Source: an uncultured virus (IMG/VR IMGVR_UViG_2663763181_000001) (Duplodnaviria > Heunggongvirae > Uroviricota > Caudoviricetes). From it: 64,000 bases of DNA. The stretch lies in IMG/VR virus record IMGVR_UViG_2663763181_000001; one strand, 5' to 3'. The notes beneath the pieces are model-generated. The model was not told the origin of the DNA. It made no database searches and was given only the letters and a program-made list of their open reading frames with translations. This document shows, one piece after another, positions 18,614 through 30,500 of this stretch (the first letter of the stretch is position 1; each line of letters opens with the position of its first letter). The translations under genes were made by a program, and so were the position numbers.

Positions 18614-20148
18614 TATTCTTCATCCTCTGGAAATTTACGGCTTTTAGCAATACTTTCAGCTAACGTTAATGCTTCCTCATATTTCATACCTGTATCGCGC
18701 TCAAGAATGTACGCCATAATATCTACATCTAAATTTGATTCTTTCAATGACGCGATTACTTGTGTTTTAAGTAATGTTGTATTCATTCTTGATTGAGCAT
18801 TGTTGATTTCTTCTGTAGCTGCTGCAGTTTGGTTTGAATAATATTCAACTTGCCAAGGGTAATCTTCAGGCTCAAATTGTTCGTTGTAAGCAAAACCCCA
18901 ATCCAAATGAAGAATTTGATTAATCCCTTCGGAAGCTGCTGTTCGAATGTCTTGTGACCTACGCATGATTTGTGCAGAAGTATGGAATGCTCCACCTTCT
19001 CCAATACCGCCAGTTAACATATCAGCCCAACCAACCATGCTTGGATCTAGACCAATTCCGCCCATCAGCAAACGGACATTAATCATGAATTGTTCAATAT
19101 TAATAGGTGAGCTTCGTTGATTCTTGATATCACCTACTGGATTTAGAACTTGTTTTTCATCAAATACCGGAAGCATGTGAAAAGCAGTATTCCAGACTGC
19201 TTCACCACCTGATAAAGCATCACGGACATAAGCCTCATGATTTTTCAGTAAACCTTCTAAACCACGGATATAGGCTTGACGTTGGGCTGGCGGCATTCCT
19301 GACATATTTACTGTCAAGAACATCTGATTTACGGTATCTGCGATTTGCTGGCTATTCATAGATGCCAAAGCGAGGATTACATCATCATAAATATCTTCAA
19401 TCTCATAAAGAAATGAGCCGCCTAAATGCGCGGGTAAGATTGGTAGCTCATCTGGATCATCACCCTCCAACATTTTCGTGACAAGTCCAGTTTCAACAAG
19501 CTCATATTGAGCAATATTGCTCATACGGGGCATTTTGAAACGTACCATTTGAATAGTATTCAGCTTGGTAATAGTTTTTTGCCAATTGCGAGGATCTAAA
19601 CAAAAAAAGGCGACAGTCTTACTGCCTTGTTCGAAAGGCTGTATTAATGGCGGATATGTATACTCATTACATACGAGGTCAATTACACCTTTATCTTTTT
19701 TCCCATAAATACGTGCATAGGAATCACCGAAAGAAATAGCATCTCGGGCAAGTTTGCTTAAATACTTATTGATAAGCTTTTCCATCTTTACACGGCGCTC
19801 ATCTAGTTGTTTTTTTAGTTTTTCAGCTGCTGGTCCACTGGCCTTTTTCAAGCGTTCGGCAGGTGTAATAAAGACTTGTTGGCCGCTATAAGAATCTCCG
19901 CCTAATGCGGCAGAAACATGAATCCCCATACCCTCTGCGATAGGTGCAAAGCGTAACATTCTCTCCCATTTTGTAAGAATTTCTTTTCTAGTACGTTTTT
20001 TATTGGCTTTGGTTTGGTTAGTCCCAAGTGAAAACGGAGCCATAGTTTCATATAGCTGTGCTGTTGCATCCTGATTAGACGTATCGAATTGCTGATCATA
20101 TGAATTAACATTTTCACCGAGTAACAACGATAAGAACCGAGAAGACAT
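18613..20148 (-). CDS. Portal protein (P1 Prt-like)
   Basis: 511 aa; WERML..PIAE.M.IHVS.ALG, ARDAISFGDSYAR, GLDPSM.G patterns; late motif upstream. Confidence 0.65.
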   Translation of the reverse strand: MSSRFLSLLLGENVNSYDQQFDTSNQDATAQLYETMAPFSLGTNQTKANKKRTRKEILTKWERMLRFAPIAEGMGIHVSAALGGDSYSGQQVFITPAERLKKASGPAAEKLKKQLDERRVKMEKLINKYLSKLARDAISFGDSYARIYGKKDKGVIDLVCNEYTYPPLIQPFEQGSKTVAFFCLDPRNWQKTITKLNTIQMVRFKMPRMSNIAQYELVETGLVTKMLEGDDPDELPILPAHLGGSFLYEIEDIYDDVILALASMNSQQIADTVNQMFLTVNMSGMPPAQRQAYIRGLEGLLKNHEAYVRDALSGGEAVWNTAFHMLPVFDEKQVLNPVGDIKNQRSSPINIEQFMINVRLLMGGIGLDPSMVGWADMLTGGIGEGGAFHTSAQIMRRSQDIRTAASEGINQILHLDWGFAYNEQFEPEDYPWQVEYYSNQTAAATEEINNAQSRMNTTLLKTQVIASLKESNLDVDIMAYILERDTGMKYEEALTLAESIAKSRKFPEDEE

Positions 20149-20212
20149 AACGAAGCCAAAATACCTAAATAATTATGTATTTTGAAGGCTGCTATTTTTT
20201 TACTTTTAGATG

Positions 20213-20234
20213 GGTTCCAAAGTGAATTGGAACC
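20213..20234. promoter_or_regulatory. Back-to-back late motifs forming the palindrome GGTTCCAA-N6-TTGGAACC
   Basis: Lies between the divergent portal gene and the 20308 gene; both arms have a -10-like hexamer at N29. Confidence 0.65.
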
Positions 20235-20307
20235 AAACAGATTTAATAAAAATCCAGCATGCAATTCTATCTGAACAAACTTACTTTACTGTTTAGAGGA
20301 TTCGCTA

Positions 20308-20502
20308 ATGGCTGATGTAAAAGTATTCACTGATATGGATATTGAATTAGCTCAAAAGACAAAAGATATTGTAAATAGTCAGCGTTACAATAATCGTCCA
20401 GCTTTCAAAACCTTAACCCTAGGCTGGGACCTTGAAACTGGTTCTATTGCAGTTAACTACACTTTTGTAGAAGAACCACAAAGTACTGATCAACCTGCAT
20501 AA
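20308..20502 (+). CDS. Small hypothetical late protein (64 aa)
   Basis: GAGGA RBS, late motif upstream, terminator at 20518-20538. Confidence 0.75.
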   Translation: MADVKVFTDMDIELAQKTKDIVNSQRYNNRPAFKTLTLGWDLETGSIAVNYTFVEEPQSTDQPA

Positions 20503-20517
20503 CATGCTTTAATAAGT

Positions 20518-20538
20518 AAGCCCCCCAAAAAGGGGCTT
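20518..20538. terminator. Terminator hairpin between convergent genes
   Basis: AAGCCCC-CCAAAAA-GGGGCTT followed by TCTT. Confidence 0.6.
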
Positions 20539-20556
20539 TCTTATTATCTAGTAATC

Positions 20557-21219
20557 TTATGATGCAAAAGAGGTAATATGAACAGGAAGAGTGCCATTAG
20601 GCCCTAAATTTTCAATAATCCTTGAAGAGATATCATTTAATTTAGCAGCAGCCGCAAACTTTAGTTGTAACTGGCCATTAGAGTACCTACCAAACAAGCC
20701 CCCTCTATTTAAGTTATTCATAGGTCCCGGTCTAAACCACGAAGGTAAAGTATTTAATAAGATACCCACATTAGAACCAATGCTCAGCGTAATACCGTTT
20801 AATAAATTATCTGCTGTTAATTGATATGTTTGCACAATCCTTGGAACATTTTTAGCAGATATAGCAGACCAGATTAAATTACCTTGCTCATCATATACAT
20901 CTAAATAACCAGAGATTTTAGTGTAGTCATAACTTAAAAATGAAATATTATTGTTATGCACACTATGCCAATATTTCCCACAAAACTCTGTTCCTTCAGA
21001 TAGGTTTAAAATATAAAGAGTCTCTTTTGGTAAATCATTACGAAAAGAAGGATATACCAAACTAGGGGTTTGAATAAAACTAGGTGCCCAACCAGAAGAT
21101 GCACCTATTGAACTAGGTGTACCACCATCTAACACTTGTACAGAATTTACACCTAAATGTCTGTAAGTGTCGCTAACAATAATTTCACCTTTATCATTAC
21201 TTACTTCAAAGCCAGACAT
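20557..21219 (-). CDS. Tail-tip accessory protein
   Basis: MSGFEVSNDKGEII...GYLDVYDEQGNLIWS repeats typical of proteins downstream of central tail fibres. Confidence 0.6.
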   Translation of the reverse strand: MSGFEVSNDKGEIIVSDTYRHLGVNSVQVLDGGTPSSIGASSGWAPSFIQTPSLVYPSFRNDLPKETLYILNLSEGTEFCGKYWHSVHNNNISFLSYDYTKISGYLDVYDEQGNLIWSAISAKNVPRIVQTYQLTADNLLNGITLSIGSNVGILLNTLPSWFRPGPMNNLNRGGLFGRYSNGQLQLKFAAAAKLNDISSRIIENLGPNGTLPVHITSFAS

Positions 21220-21539
21220 TATCCATACCTATAAATATCAACAGTAAGAAGGGCCAAACCAGATAATGCACTCACTCTTACTACATTAGGTGTATAAATA
21301 GACGCAAAAGGCCCACCATGGTAAGCAAGTGTAGGGTATTGCTGAGTCATATTACCTAAGCAGTTTTCTCTAACAATTGCTATATGAGTTTCAGATGTAA
21401 TACCGTCATAAACATAATCCTTATAATACTCATTAGAACCTAAAGAGATTTCAAAAGTATGTATTAAGTGCATTTGACGATCTGTAACATCAACAACAAT
21501 CTTCCCAGTTTCATCAAAACATTGTAAGCCTTGTGGCAT
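21219..21539 (-). CDS. Tail-tip accessory protein
   Basis: MPQGLQCFDETGKIVVDVTDR N-terminus; GGAGG RBS. Confidence 0.65.
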   Translation of the reverse strand: MPQGLQCFDETGKIVVDVTDRQMHLIHTFEISLGSNEYYKDYVYDGITSETHIAIVRENCLGNMTQQYPTLAYHGGPFASIYTPNVVRVSALSGLALLTVDIYRYG

Positions 21540-21583
21540 ATTGTCCTCCCAATATAAAGGGCTAGATAACTAGCCCTTCTTCA

Positions 21584-24500
21584 CTACCACAGCCCTAATT
21601 TAACCCTGACAACATTATTATCGTCGTAAACTGTAATTAAACTGCCGCTTAAAACCATTCTTGCACCATTGGGTTTAGCCGGATCCTTGTAGGTAGTTAA
21701 GGTCCCCAACTCACCAGCAATCGCGCTCAATTTATCGACTTTAAACAGTTCAGCTGTTAAAGACTTCGCTTTGAAGTTTGCTGCGGTCAAATTTTTAATA
21801 AATACATCACTATTCATAATGACCTGATTGTCTTGAATTATGAACGGCATATATTTAGTAGAAGAAGTACCTGTTGTGAAAAAAATTCTATCAGCTTGGA
21901 AACCTATAGAAGTTTGGACAGTTCCATTATTTTGTTCACTTACCATGGATAAACCAGAGAAAACACCGTTGTTATCCATTCCCATTACGTATTTACCTTT
22001 CATCCCGTTGATCAAATCAACTTGAGACTTAAGATTAATTGCATTTGGCCCATATACTGAAGTGAGAGTTTGAAGTGAACCAGCGTAAGCTCCTACATCC
22101 GTGGTATATGTAGTTTTAAAACTCTCAAATTCAGCAATATTGTCTGCATCTTCAATATCGATGTAATCAAGATCCACTTCGCCTGCTTGAGCTGCATAAT
22201 TGCCGATAAAAACAGGAGTAAAGAAAGCTGCTTTATTTGCAAATGTTTTGGGGTTTGTAAGCGTTCCAGCCCCACTACTTGCACCAGCAGATCTACCCTT
22301 GAAATACGCAACACCAGTAACCCAAGAACCCAATGCAGGTGCAGCACCACCAACCACATAATGACTTGAGCCAATATCTCCATTTATGTAATTCGTATCT
22401 GTAATAAATGCAGATTTTGCGGCATTAAAACAGGTGGCCCCCACATAAACTACACCAGCACCTGACACCCTTCTGTAGCGGTATTTAATCCGGTACATCT
22501 TATTATCATCAATTGGTAAGGTAGAGAACCAGTTTAGCCAGATTTCATCGTTGCCAGAATTATCACCCATCCGTAATGCATAACCTCCCCGACATGTTTG
22601 ATCTTCAATTAAACGCATACCTATTCTTGAGCCGCTAGGCGTTCTGTTAATCCAATCTATCTCAAAAGTTTGCAAAGCAGACGCCATAATGGTTTGGCTA
22701 TTTGCTGAATAGAGGGCTGATAATCGTTCACTGGATGAAGCAACTGCCTCATTCAATTTTGAAGAAGTCACATAATCTCTTTGTATGTCAGCAACTGTTC
22801 TAGATGCTGCAGCAGCTGTGTCTTGAGCTTTTACAATTTCTGCAAAAATTGGTACTGGTACAAGTGACGAATTATATTGAATTGGTTCAATAGATTGTCC
22901 CAAAGCTGTGAAAGACTCAGTTTTAATAAGTGGTGTAATCGTTTTATAGTGTGAAATATCATATCTCGCCCCACCCCGTAAAAAGACAGTTTCAATTGAA
23001 GAGTTAGGCATTTGTTTAATGTTTATTAAAGGTGATTGTGCAGTCCAGCTAAAAGAGAACTTATCAATAATTCTATTTTCTGCTTGAGTACCCCATCCAT
23101 TAGCGGTAACACTCCATTCACAATTAAGACCGAAAGAGCGTGTACCATGTGTAGCCCAAGGCACATTACTATTATTTTGGCCGCCCAAAGTACAAAATAC
23201 TTTAAAATCATACTTTTGCTTACCGGTAGCCAACTGAAAGATAACAGGATAGTAAATATCTGGATTCAAACCTGATAAGTCAACATTCGTTAAAATATTT
23301 TCTTTTAAGCTTTCAGTATTTTTCTGTAATGGATCAATATATTCTGACTTTAACTGATTTGACGATGCAGCAATTGCTCTTTCAATATTTGTATTAGTTA
23401 GGTCAGAATTAAGAATATATGCACTATTTGTTCTATCTAATTTAGAAGACATTTCAGTAAGTTTACTTGCCCATGTTTCCTTAAAATTAGTTAATGTCCC
23501 TAATGATTCTGTAGCTGTAGAAACGAAATCTTGTAAATTAGGATCTGCAGATGCATAGTCAGTTACGTCATAACATTCAATTTGAGCTAAAGTCCAGGAT
23601 AGAGGGCTTTCAGGTGTTGGGGCTGGTCCACCCGCTACATGTACGAATCCAGAAGTATCGAATCTTCCGGTGGCACCGGATTTAACCATACGAACATAAA
23701 CTTCAAATCTACCCGTCCCGTCAGTGCTCCCAATGAATTTATCTACTGATCCATCGCCCATTAAATTTGCTGCAGGATATAACTTGTAGCCGATAGGTAA
23801 TTTAATCAGGTATTTAATGATGAAAATAGCATTTGAACGTGTGAAAAACTGTTGATGAAAACCGCCGAAATTCGGGCTTGCTGAACCAGTCGTAACGATT
23901 CTAAGCTCATGAGTTGAAGTTGTCGGATTGTCAGCACTTTTAGCTTCACGAGTAACACTAACTGTACCATTGCCTAGATTGTTATAAGTGCCGACGTTGT
24001 TCATTCCTTTCTTGAAATTTACATCACCGTAAAGCAACTTACCGTTAGTAATCATCATTGCAAGCTTAGTTGTATTTTCTAATGCTGAACCCAGATTGTC
24101 GGTGCTTGTTTGGAGCTGAGTAATATCATTATTACGAAGATTAATTAAATCTTTTGATGTTTGATCCGCTGCTGCTTTAGTAGTTTTTAATACCGTTGAA
24201 AGTCCACCTGGTACAGAAGCGTCATATTGCTGAATTTGTTGTGCAATAACACCTTTGTTAACATCAGCATTGATAAATGTATCTTCCACAAATTTCGCAT
24301 TTTGTTTAAGAGTAGTTTTAAATCCTCCTTTGAAATTAGGAGCAGAATTTCCTCGGCTAATGAAAATATTCGAAACTGAAAATGTGCCCGCTGAAGGAGC
24401 ATTATCAAATCTTAAACCCAGAGGAACAAATTCAAAATTCGTAGCTTTTACATCACTTGGAAAAATCCCCGTTAATTCTAATTCTCCACTTGCTTGAACA

Positions 24501-27500
24501 GTAAATAATGGTAAACCAAGCCCATATACCGCGCCGTGAAATTGGATGGTACAAACTGCACCAATTAGACCTGCCGAAGCATTATATTTGATTCGTATAA
24601 CTACAGGATCACCTTTAGCGATTGGTAGTTCTTTAATTTTATATTGTAGTTCCCAGACTGGAAAAGTTTGATTTGTGCCTGTTGAAACATTTAATGTTTT
24701 GGTTTCATCTCCTAATAAAATCCAATTGTCTTCTGCGTATTGAATAGTATCCAGTTTTGCTGAAAAGGATTTTATTTCTTCTGCAAATACTTCTTTTGCA
24801 TCAGATCGAGTAATTTTTTGTTGAAGAATTTGAGCATGATTTTCTAAAACTTTTTGCAAGTTTCCACTGTTATTTGCCAAACCTAGAGGAATGCCACTAA
24901 CGACCTGAACAGCAACCATTATCTGTTTTGCACCATTCAGACCAGAGTCAGGAATTGCGTGAAGTTCAATACCTCTTCCAGCCCCTATTCCTTTCTGACC
25001 AATAAGGATATATGCATCCCTTCCCGTAATCTGATCAAGAGTAAATTGATTTGCACCTAATGAAAGTAACGCAGCTTTAACTGTGTTTAAATTCATAGCA
25101 ATGTAATCATAGTTAGTGATAATCACAAAAGTATCTTTAGGTATTTCATTAATAGCATTACTCATGGCAACGGCGTTTGCAGGGTCACCATATGTGTCAT
25201 ATCGAGTTGAAGTTGCAATCGAGCCATCTGCTGCTAAAACATGCACAGAAAAGCCGCGGTTAGAAGCTACAGATATAGTCTCACCTTTTAAGTTCTTGAT
25301 TCCAGTAAAATCATTATTCCAGCCTGAAGAATAAACTCTGTAATTAAAGACTTGTCCTAGATCTTGATTTAACTGCTTGTAATTAGAATCTAAGCTATTA
25401 ATTGATTGGGTTATATTTTGTTGATTATCACTAATTGTAGAGTTTATTTCCTGAAACTTCCCATCAACTGTTAATTTATTCGTATCAACAGTAGATTTCA
25501 GAGTTGTATAATTTTCAGTTAGTACTTGGATCTTTTCTAAATTTTTCTGAACATCTGTTTTAGTACCTGTAATTGCTAATGAGTTAGCTTCTAAACCTTT
25601 CTCAATTTCACGAGGATTTTTTCTAAATCCTGTTGCTAACTCACCTTTCTCTAATTGAACTTCTCGAATTAAGAAATCAGGAGCATACCCTACTTGAGCA
25701 CATAGGATAATATTAATATACTGTAAGTTATTGATATTTGTATCAAAAGTATAAGTACATAATACTTCTTTATCTGTTGCAATATTCCATTCATTAACAA
25801 CCTGATTATTACTGCTACCATCATATCTATGGATGATTAATAGCAAAGTTTTTTGTGCTGCAGTTAGAGCTTTGGCTTTAAGTGACAACGTATAGGTTTG
25901 ATTTATTTCTAAACCATCAGCTATCGTAATTGACTCGATAAAACCTTTAAAATATGTAGACGAATTCGTAGAGCGGAATCTCCCCCAGTTTGCGCCATAA
26001 GCATCCTTAAAAACTTCTAGAACATTACCTTCAACAACAGCATTCTGACGCCAGTTAGAGATTGAAAAAGGCGCATAGAAATCACCATTCTTGATTAAAT
26101 TGTCTCCACCACTTGACGAGATTGTTGCTTTTAGAATTTTACTTTCTTCAGCTATAGCTTTATTTGTTTCTGCTTTTGTATAACGGGTGCTATCCAGTGT
26201 TGCTGAACTATCTGTCCATAAATTTCCGAACTTCTGCTTAAATTTTGCTTCCAATGCATCTGTAGCTGCGGCAACTGCTTTATTTGTGTCAGCAGTAGTC
26301 GAATAATTTTGTAGTTGTGTAGCGCGTACAAGTGATGTGTCTACATCTTTGTCTGTGAAAACGCTATTTACCCGATAAGCTTGTAACTCCCACCAACCAC
26401 CACTGCCATTGTGTCCAAGCGCAAAACCTAACTTCATTTGTGGATGAGTATTAAAAGTTACAACCTGTTCGATATATACCCATTCTTCGTTTGCTGGAAT
26501 TCTAATTAAAGCAATCGCTGATGCAGTGATTGTAGCATTTGAAAAACTACCATCAGCTTTGCCATACATAGCCGTAATGCTGCAATCACCTGTAGAATCT
26601 GCACTTCGGCGGACCCAAAAGCTAACTTTATATGAACGATTTGTCGGTAAAGCTTTACGGCTATATATCCAACATCCTGCTTGATTCGAAGAATCTTTTC
26701 TAAAGACAGTATTGCCAACTTTACCTGTATTAGTTGTTTTAAAGTGGATTTTCAAATCATAACTATAGTAATTAATCCAATCTTCAGGGTTTTTTAAATT
26801 AAAATCTGGCAGTAATGAGTCACTATCATTAGCAGATTCAATAGATGCTTTAACATTTTTAATTTGAGCATTAAGCTGATTAGTTTGATTTGCTGTAGCT
26901 TCGTCTAACTTTGCTGTGGTTGCATAGTTCTGCAGTGCTTTTGCGGTGTTATCGATATTTTTTTCAGCATTTGAAAGTCCAGTTTCAAGACTTGATGTTC
27001 TCTTTGTTAGTGCCTCCTTTTCAGTCACATATGTTTGTTTGAAATCATTAAAGTTTGCATTAACTTGGTCTACTGCAGCGTTGTAGTCATAAGCACTGGG
27101 GATCCACGATTCAGTAGTGATTAAGTCACCCCTGACAAGCACTGCCCAATAAACCGTTCCGACTGAACCTTGAGCAGCAGTAGGACTGTTAATCATGTAA
27201 AAATTTAAAGCACGTTTTTCAATAACTTGATTATTTTTAACAAAGGTTATTTTATTAATAACTTTGCCATTTGTATTAACAACGGATTGTAAGGCTTGCT
27301 GACCTCCCCCAGCATAAACTGCCAAATTAGAGTTTGTATCCGCACCATTTCTTTGATGTTCGGCACACCACATTAAAGTGTATTTTGCGCCTACCTCCCA
27401 ATCCTCGCCTAGCTTATATGAAAGATGAGGATATGAAGTTCCGTTATATTTACCCACAACATTTGACTGGATAAGCAAATTCGAACCAGCAGCTGCGGCT

Positions 27501-30500
27501 CTACTCAAACTTGCAGAGAGTGCTGTTGCTTGCTCTGTAACTGCTTTAATCTGTCCAGCTTGTTCTGTTACATCTGATTTCGTTGCTTCCAATGCTTCTG
27601 ATGAAGCCTTTTTATTTACTTCATTATTAGTTAAATTTAGATCATTTCTAAGCTTAGAAATATCTAAACTTTGAGAAGACAATGTTTCGCCGTGCTTCTT
27701 AACTTCCGCTTGAGTGATCTTAATCGCTTCTGCATTAGCATTTAATGAGCTTTGCGTATCCCGAGGGCTTGGGCTCCATGCTGTAGGTTTATTGCCGGCT
27801 TCGATCTGTAATTTTTGAATTGTTGGAATTCGGCCTGAGCCATATGTACCGTAAAACTCAATTGTAGATTCAGTTGAACTGCCAGTGTTAAATTTAGGAA
27901 AAACCGTCACTGCAAATTTTTGAAATTCATTTGCTTTAGTTACTGTAACTGAAGTTGTGAAAAAGTGGGCAGAACCATTAGATGAGTAAACCTGAACCGA
28001 ACCGGCAACAGGTACACTCACTTCAAATGAAATGGTAACCGGCTTATCTAAGTTTTCGTCATAAAAAACTTTTAACTCTTTGCTTCGTTCATACATTAAG
28101 TATTCACGACTTGTTGTAGCTGTCGATGTTCTAGGAGCTTCTGAATTAGCAACTGCATTAACACCACCGATTTTTAAATTATCTACAGCAGCTGTTATAT
28201 CAGTCGATACACGGCCCATTGCACTTTCGAGATCACTCTTTGTAGCTGTTTTCAATAAAGCTTGAGCATTGCTCTGAATACCTGTTTCTGCATTCTGCAT
28301 TCTTGTTTCAAGCTTACTGGTCCTTTCAGCTTCAGCTTCTGTTCTGTTAGTTGCTGTTTTGAATAAATCATTTGCAGTTGCAGTTGCATCATTAGCTGAA
28401 GCTAATGAGTTGTTATCTTCAACAATAATGTAATTAAGCTGACAAATTCCTGTCTGGAAGTTGTAGTTTGCAATAAAGATTGGGGCATAAAATTCAGCTT
28501 GCGCTGGGAAAGTACGCGGATTATCAATTGTCCCTAAGCCAGTTGCTGCCCCAGTAGATTTACCCTTCATGTATAGAACTACTTCTTGCCATTCACCTAA
28601 ATTAGGTTTAATGGCCGACAATAAGTAGTTAGAAGAACCCATATCTCCTGCAAGGGTGTTTGTAGTCGTTACGTATTTACTTTGGTCTGCATTTTTACAT
28701 GCAACACCAAGATAAATAGATCCATTTTCACCGAGTACACGGCGGAAACGTGCACGAACCCGATAAAGTGTATCTGGGTTAATCTTTACAAACTCATTCC
28801 AATGAACCCATGTTTCATCATTATCAGCATTATTCCCAAGCTCAAGAATATAACCACCTAGTGCATCAGAATCTTGAATTACTTTCACTTCTGCAGTGGT
28901 ACGCCAACGTGTCCAGTCATCAATACCTTTTGTCGTAACGACTGCACGTACCCCAGAAGTTACTTGAGTTTGAGATTTTAGACTTAATAAATTTTGAGAA
29001 AGGGCTTCGGTAGCTTTTACAGCTGTTGTTCCTGTTTGCTGCGCTTCTGCTGCATTATCAAAAGCCAATTTTGCAAGATCATCAGTAGTTTTAAGTGATG
29101 ATGAAAGGCCATTTATGCTTGTATTTGTATTACTTTCTAAGGTCGAAACACTTTTTTGAACATCAGTAATTTGCCCTTGTACCTTTAAGTTTTCTTTAGA
29201 GATACTTGTATTAAGTTCACTAAATTTTGAAGCAGTAGACTGTTCCAACTCGGTAAGTGACTCAGTAACTTCTAAAATATTTGCATTAGATTTCCGATCA
29301 GCTTCTTCCAAAGCTGCTTTCGTTTGGTCGATACGTAAAGATAAGGCTTTATCACCATCAGAAACTGATTGAGCAATTGTTGCTATATCCGACTCTGTTT
29401 TAGTTTTATTCGAATTAAAGTCAGTTTTTAGTTCTTCAAGTTTTTTTGCTTCTGAAACAACCTTCTCATCAACAAGTTTCACTGAAGATTCTACTTTTTC
29501 GATGTTTGCGGCATTACCTTCTATTTGTTCTTGTGAGTTTTTAAGAGTAGATTCAATTTGTGAGGTTTTCTCAGCAATAGATTGATTCAAATCACTTACA
29601 GTACGTTCGACTTTGTTAATAGCAGTTTTGTTGTCACCAATTTGTGATTGTGCGGTGCTAATTTGCTCAGTAAACGCTTTATCTTGAGCTGCTAGAGTTT
29701 TTATTTCTTCTGAAATTAGAGCGTTTGACTTACCGAATTCGTTTTGCATTTCAGCAAACTTAAGCTCAAAACTTTGAGTTAAAGCCTCTTTATCATTTGC
29801 ACGTGCTTCAGCTTCAGCTAGAAAACCAGAATCAACTTTCTTATCAAGATCAATATACTGAGCTGCAATTTGATCTACTTTTTTAACTGCAGCTTCAGTT
29901 TGGGTTACAACCGGTTCAATTTTTTGATTAATGAGTGTATTAGTTTCTTCACCTAATGCTAATTTAGCGTCATCAATCATTTGACCAGCTTTAACTAAGT
30001 TTTGATCAATGTCTTGTTTTAAGGCGGCCTTAGTTTGATCAATAACATTTAGTGTGTCAGCTGCTTGTTTTTTACGGTCCAGAACTTCTTGATCCGCAAT
30101 TTTTTTTGCGTTTTCTGCAACTAACCGAATTTCATTTGAATCACTTCTTACATCAGCAATGATTGAATCTGTTTCTCTTTTAATAAATCCGATTTTGTCA
30201 TCGAGTTCTTTTTCAGCACGAATTGCACGTTGCTGAGCATCTGCAACCAGCGCTTCATTCGCTTGAATAGACTGATCAATACGTTGATTTGCTTCATCTA
30301 AACGAATATTGGCATCACTTACATGCTGCTCAACAATCTGTTTAGTATCAATAATTTCTTGATCAATATAAGCTCTTACTTCATCAACCTTACTTTGTGC
30401 AATTTGACCAACTTCTTTTACTTGATCATGTATTTTTTGCACTTCTTCATCGATGTGATTAATACCTTCTTCAAGCAATTTATAGGCATCAGAATCTTTA

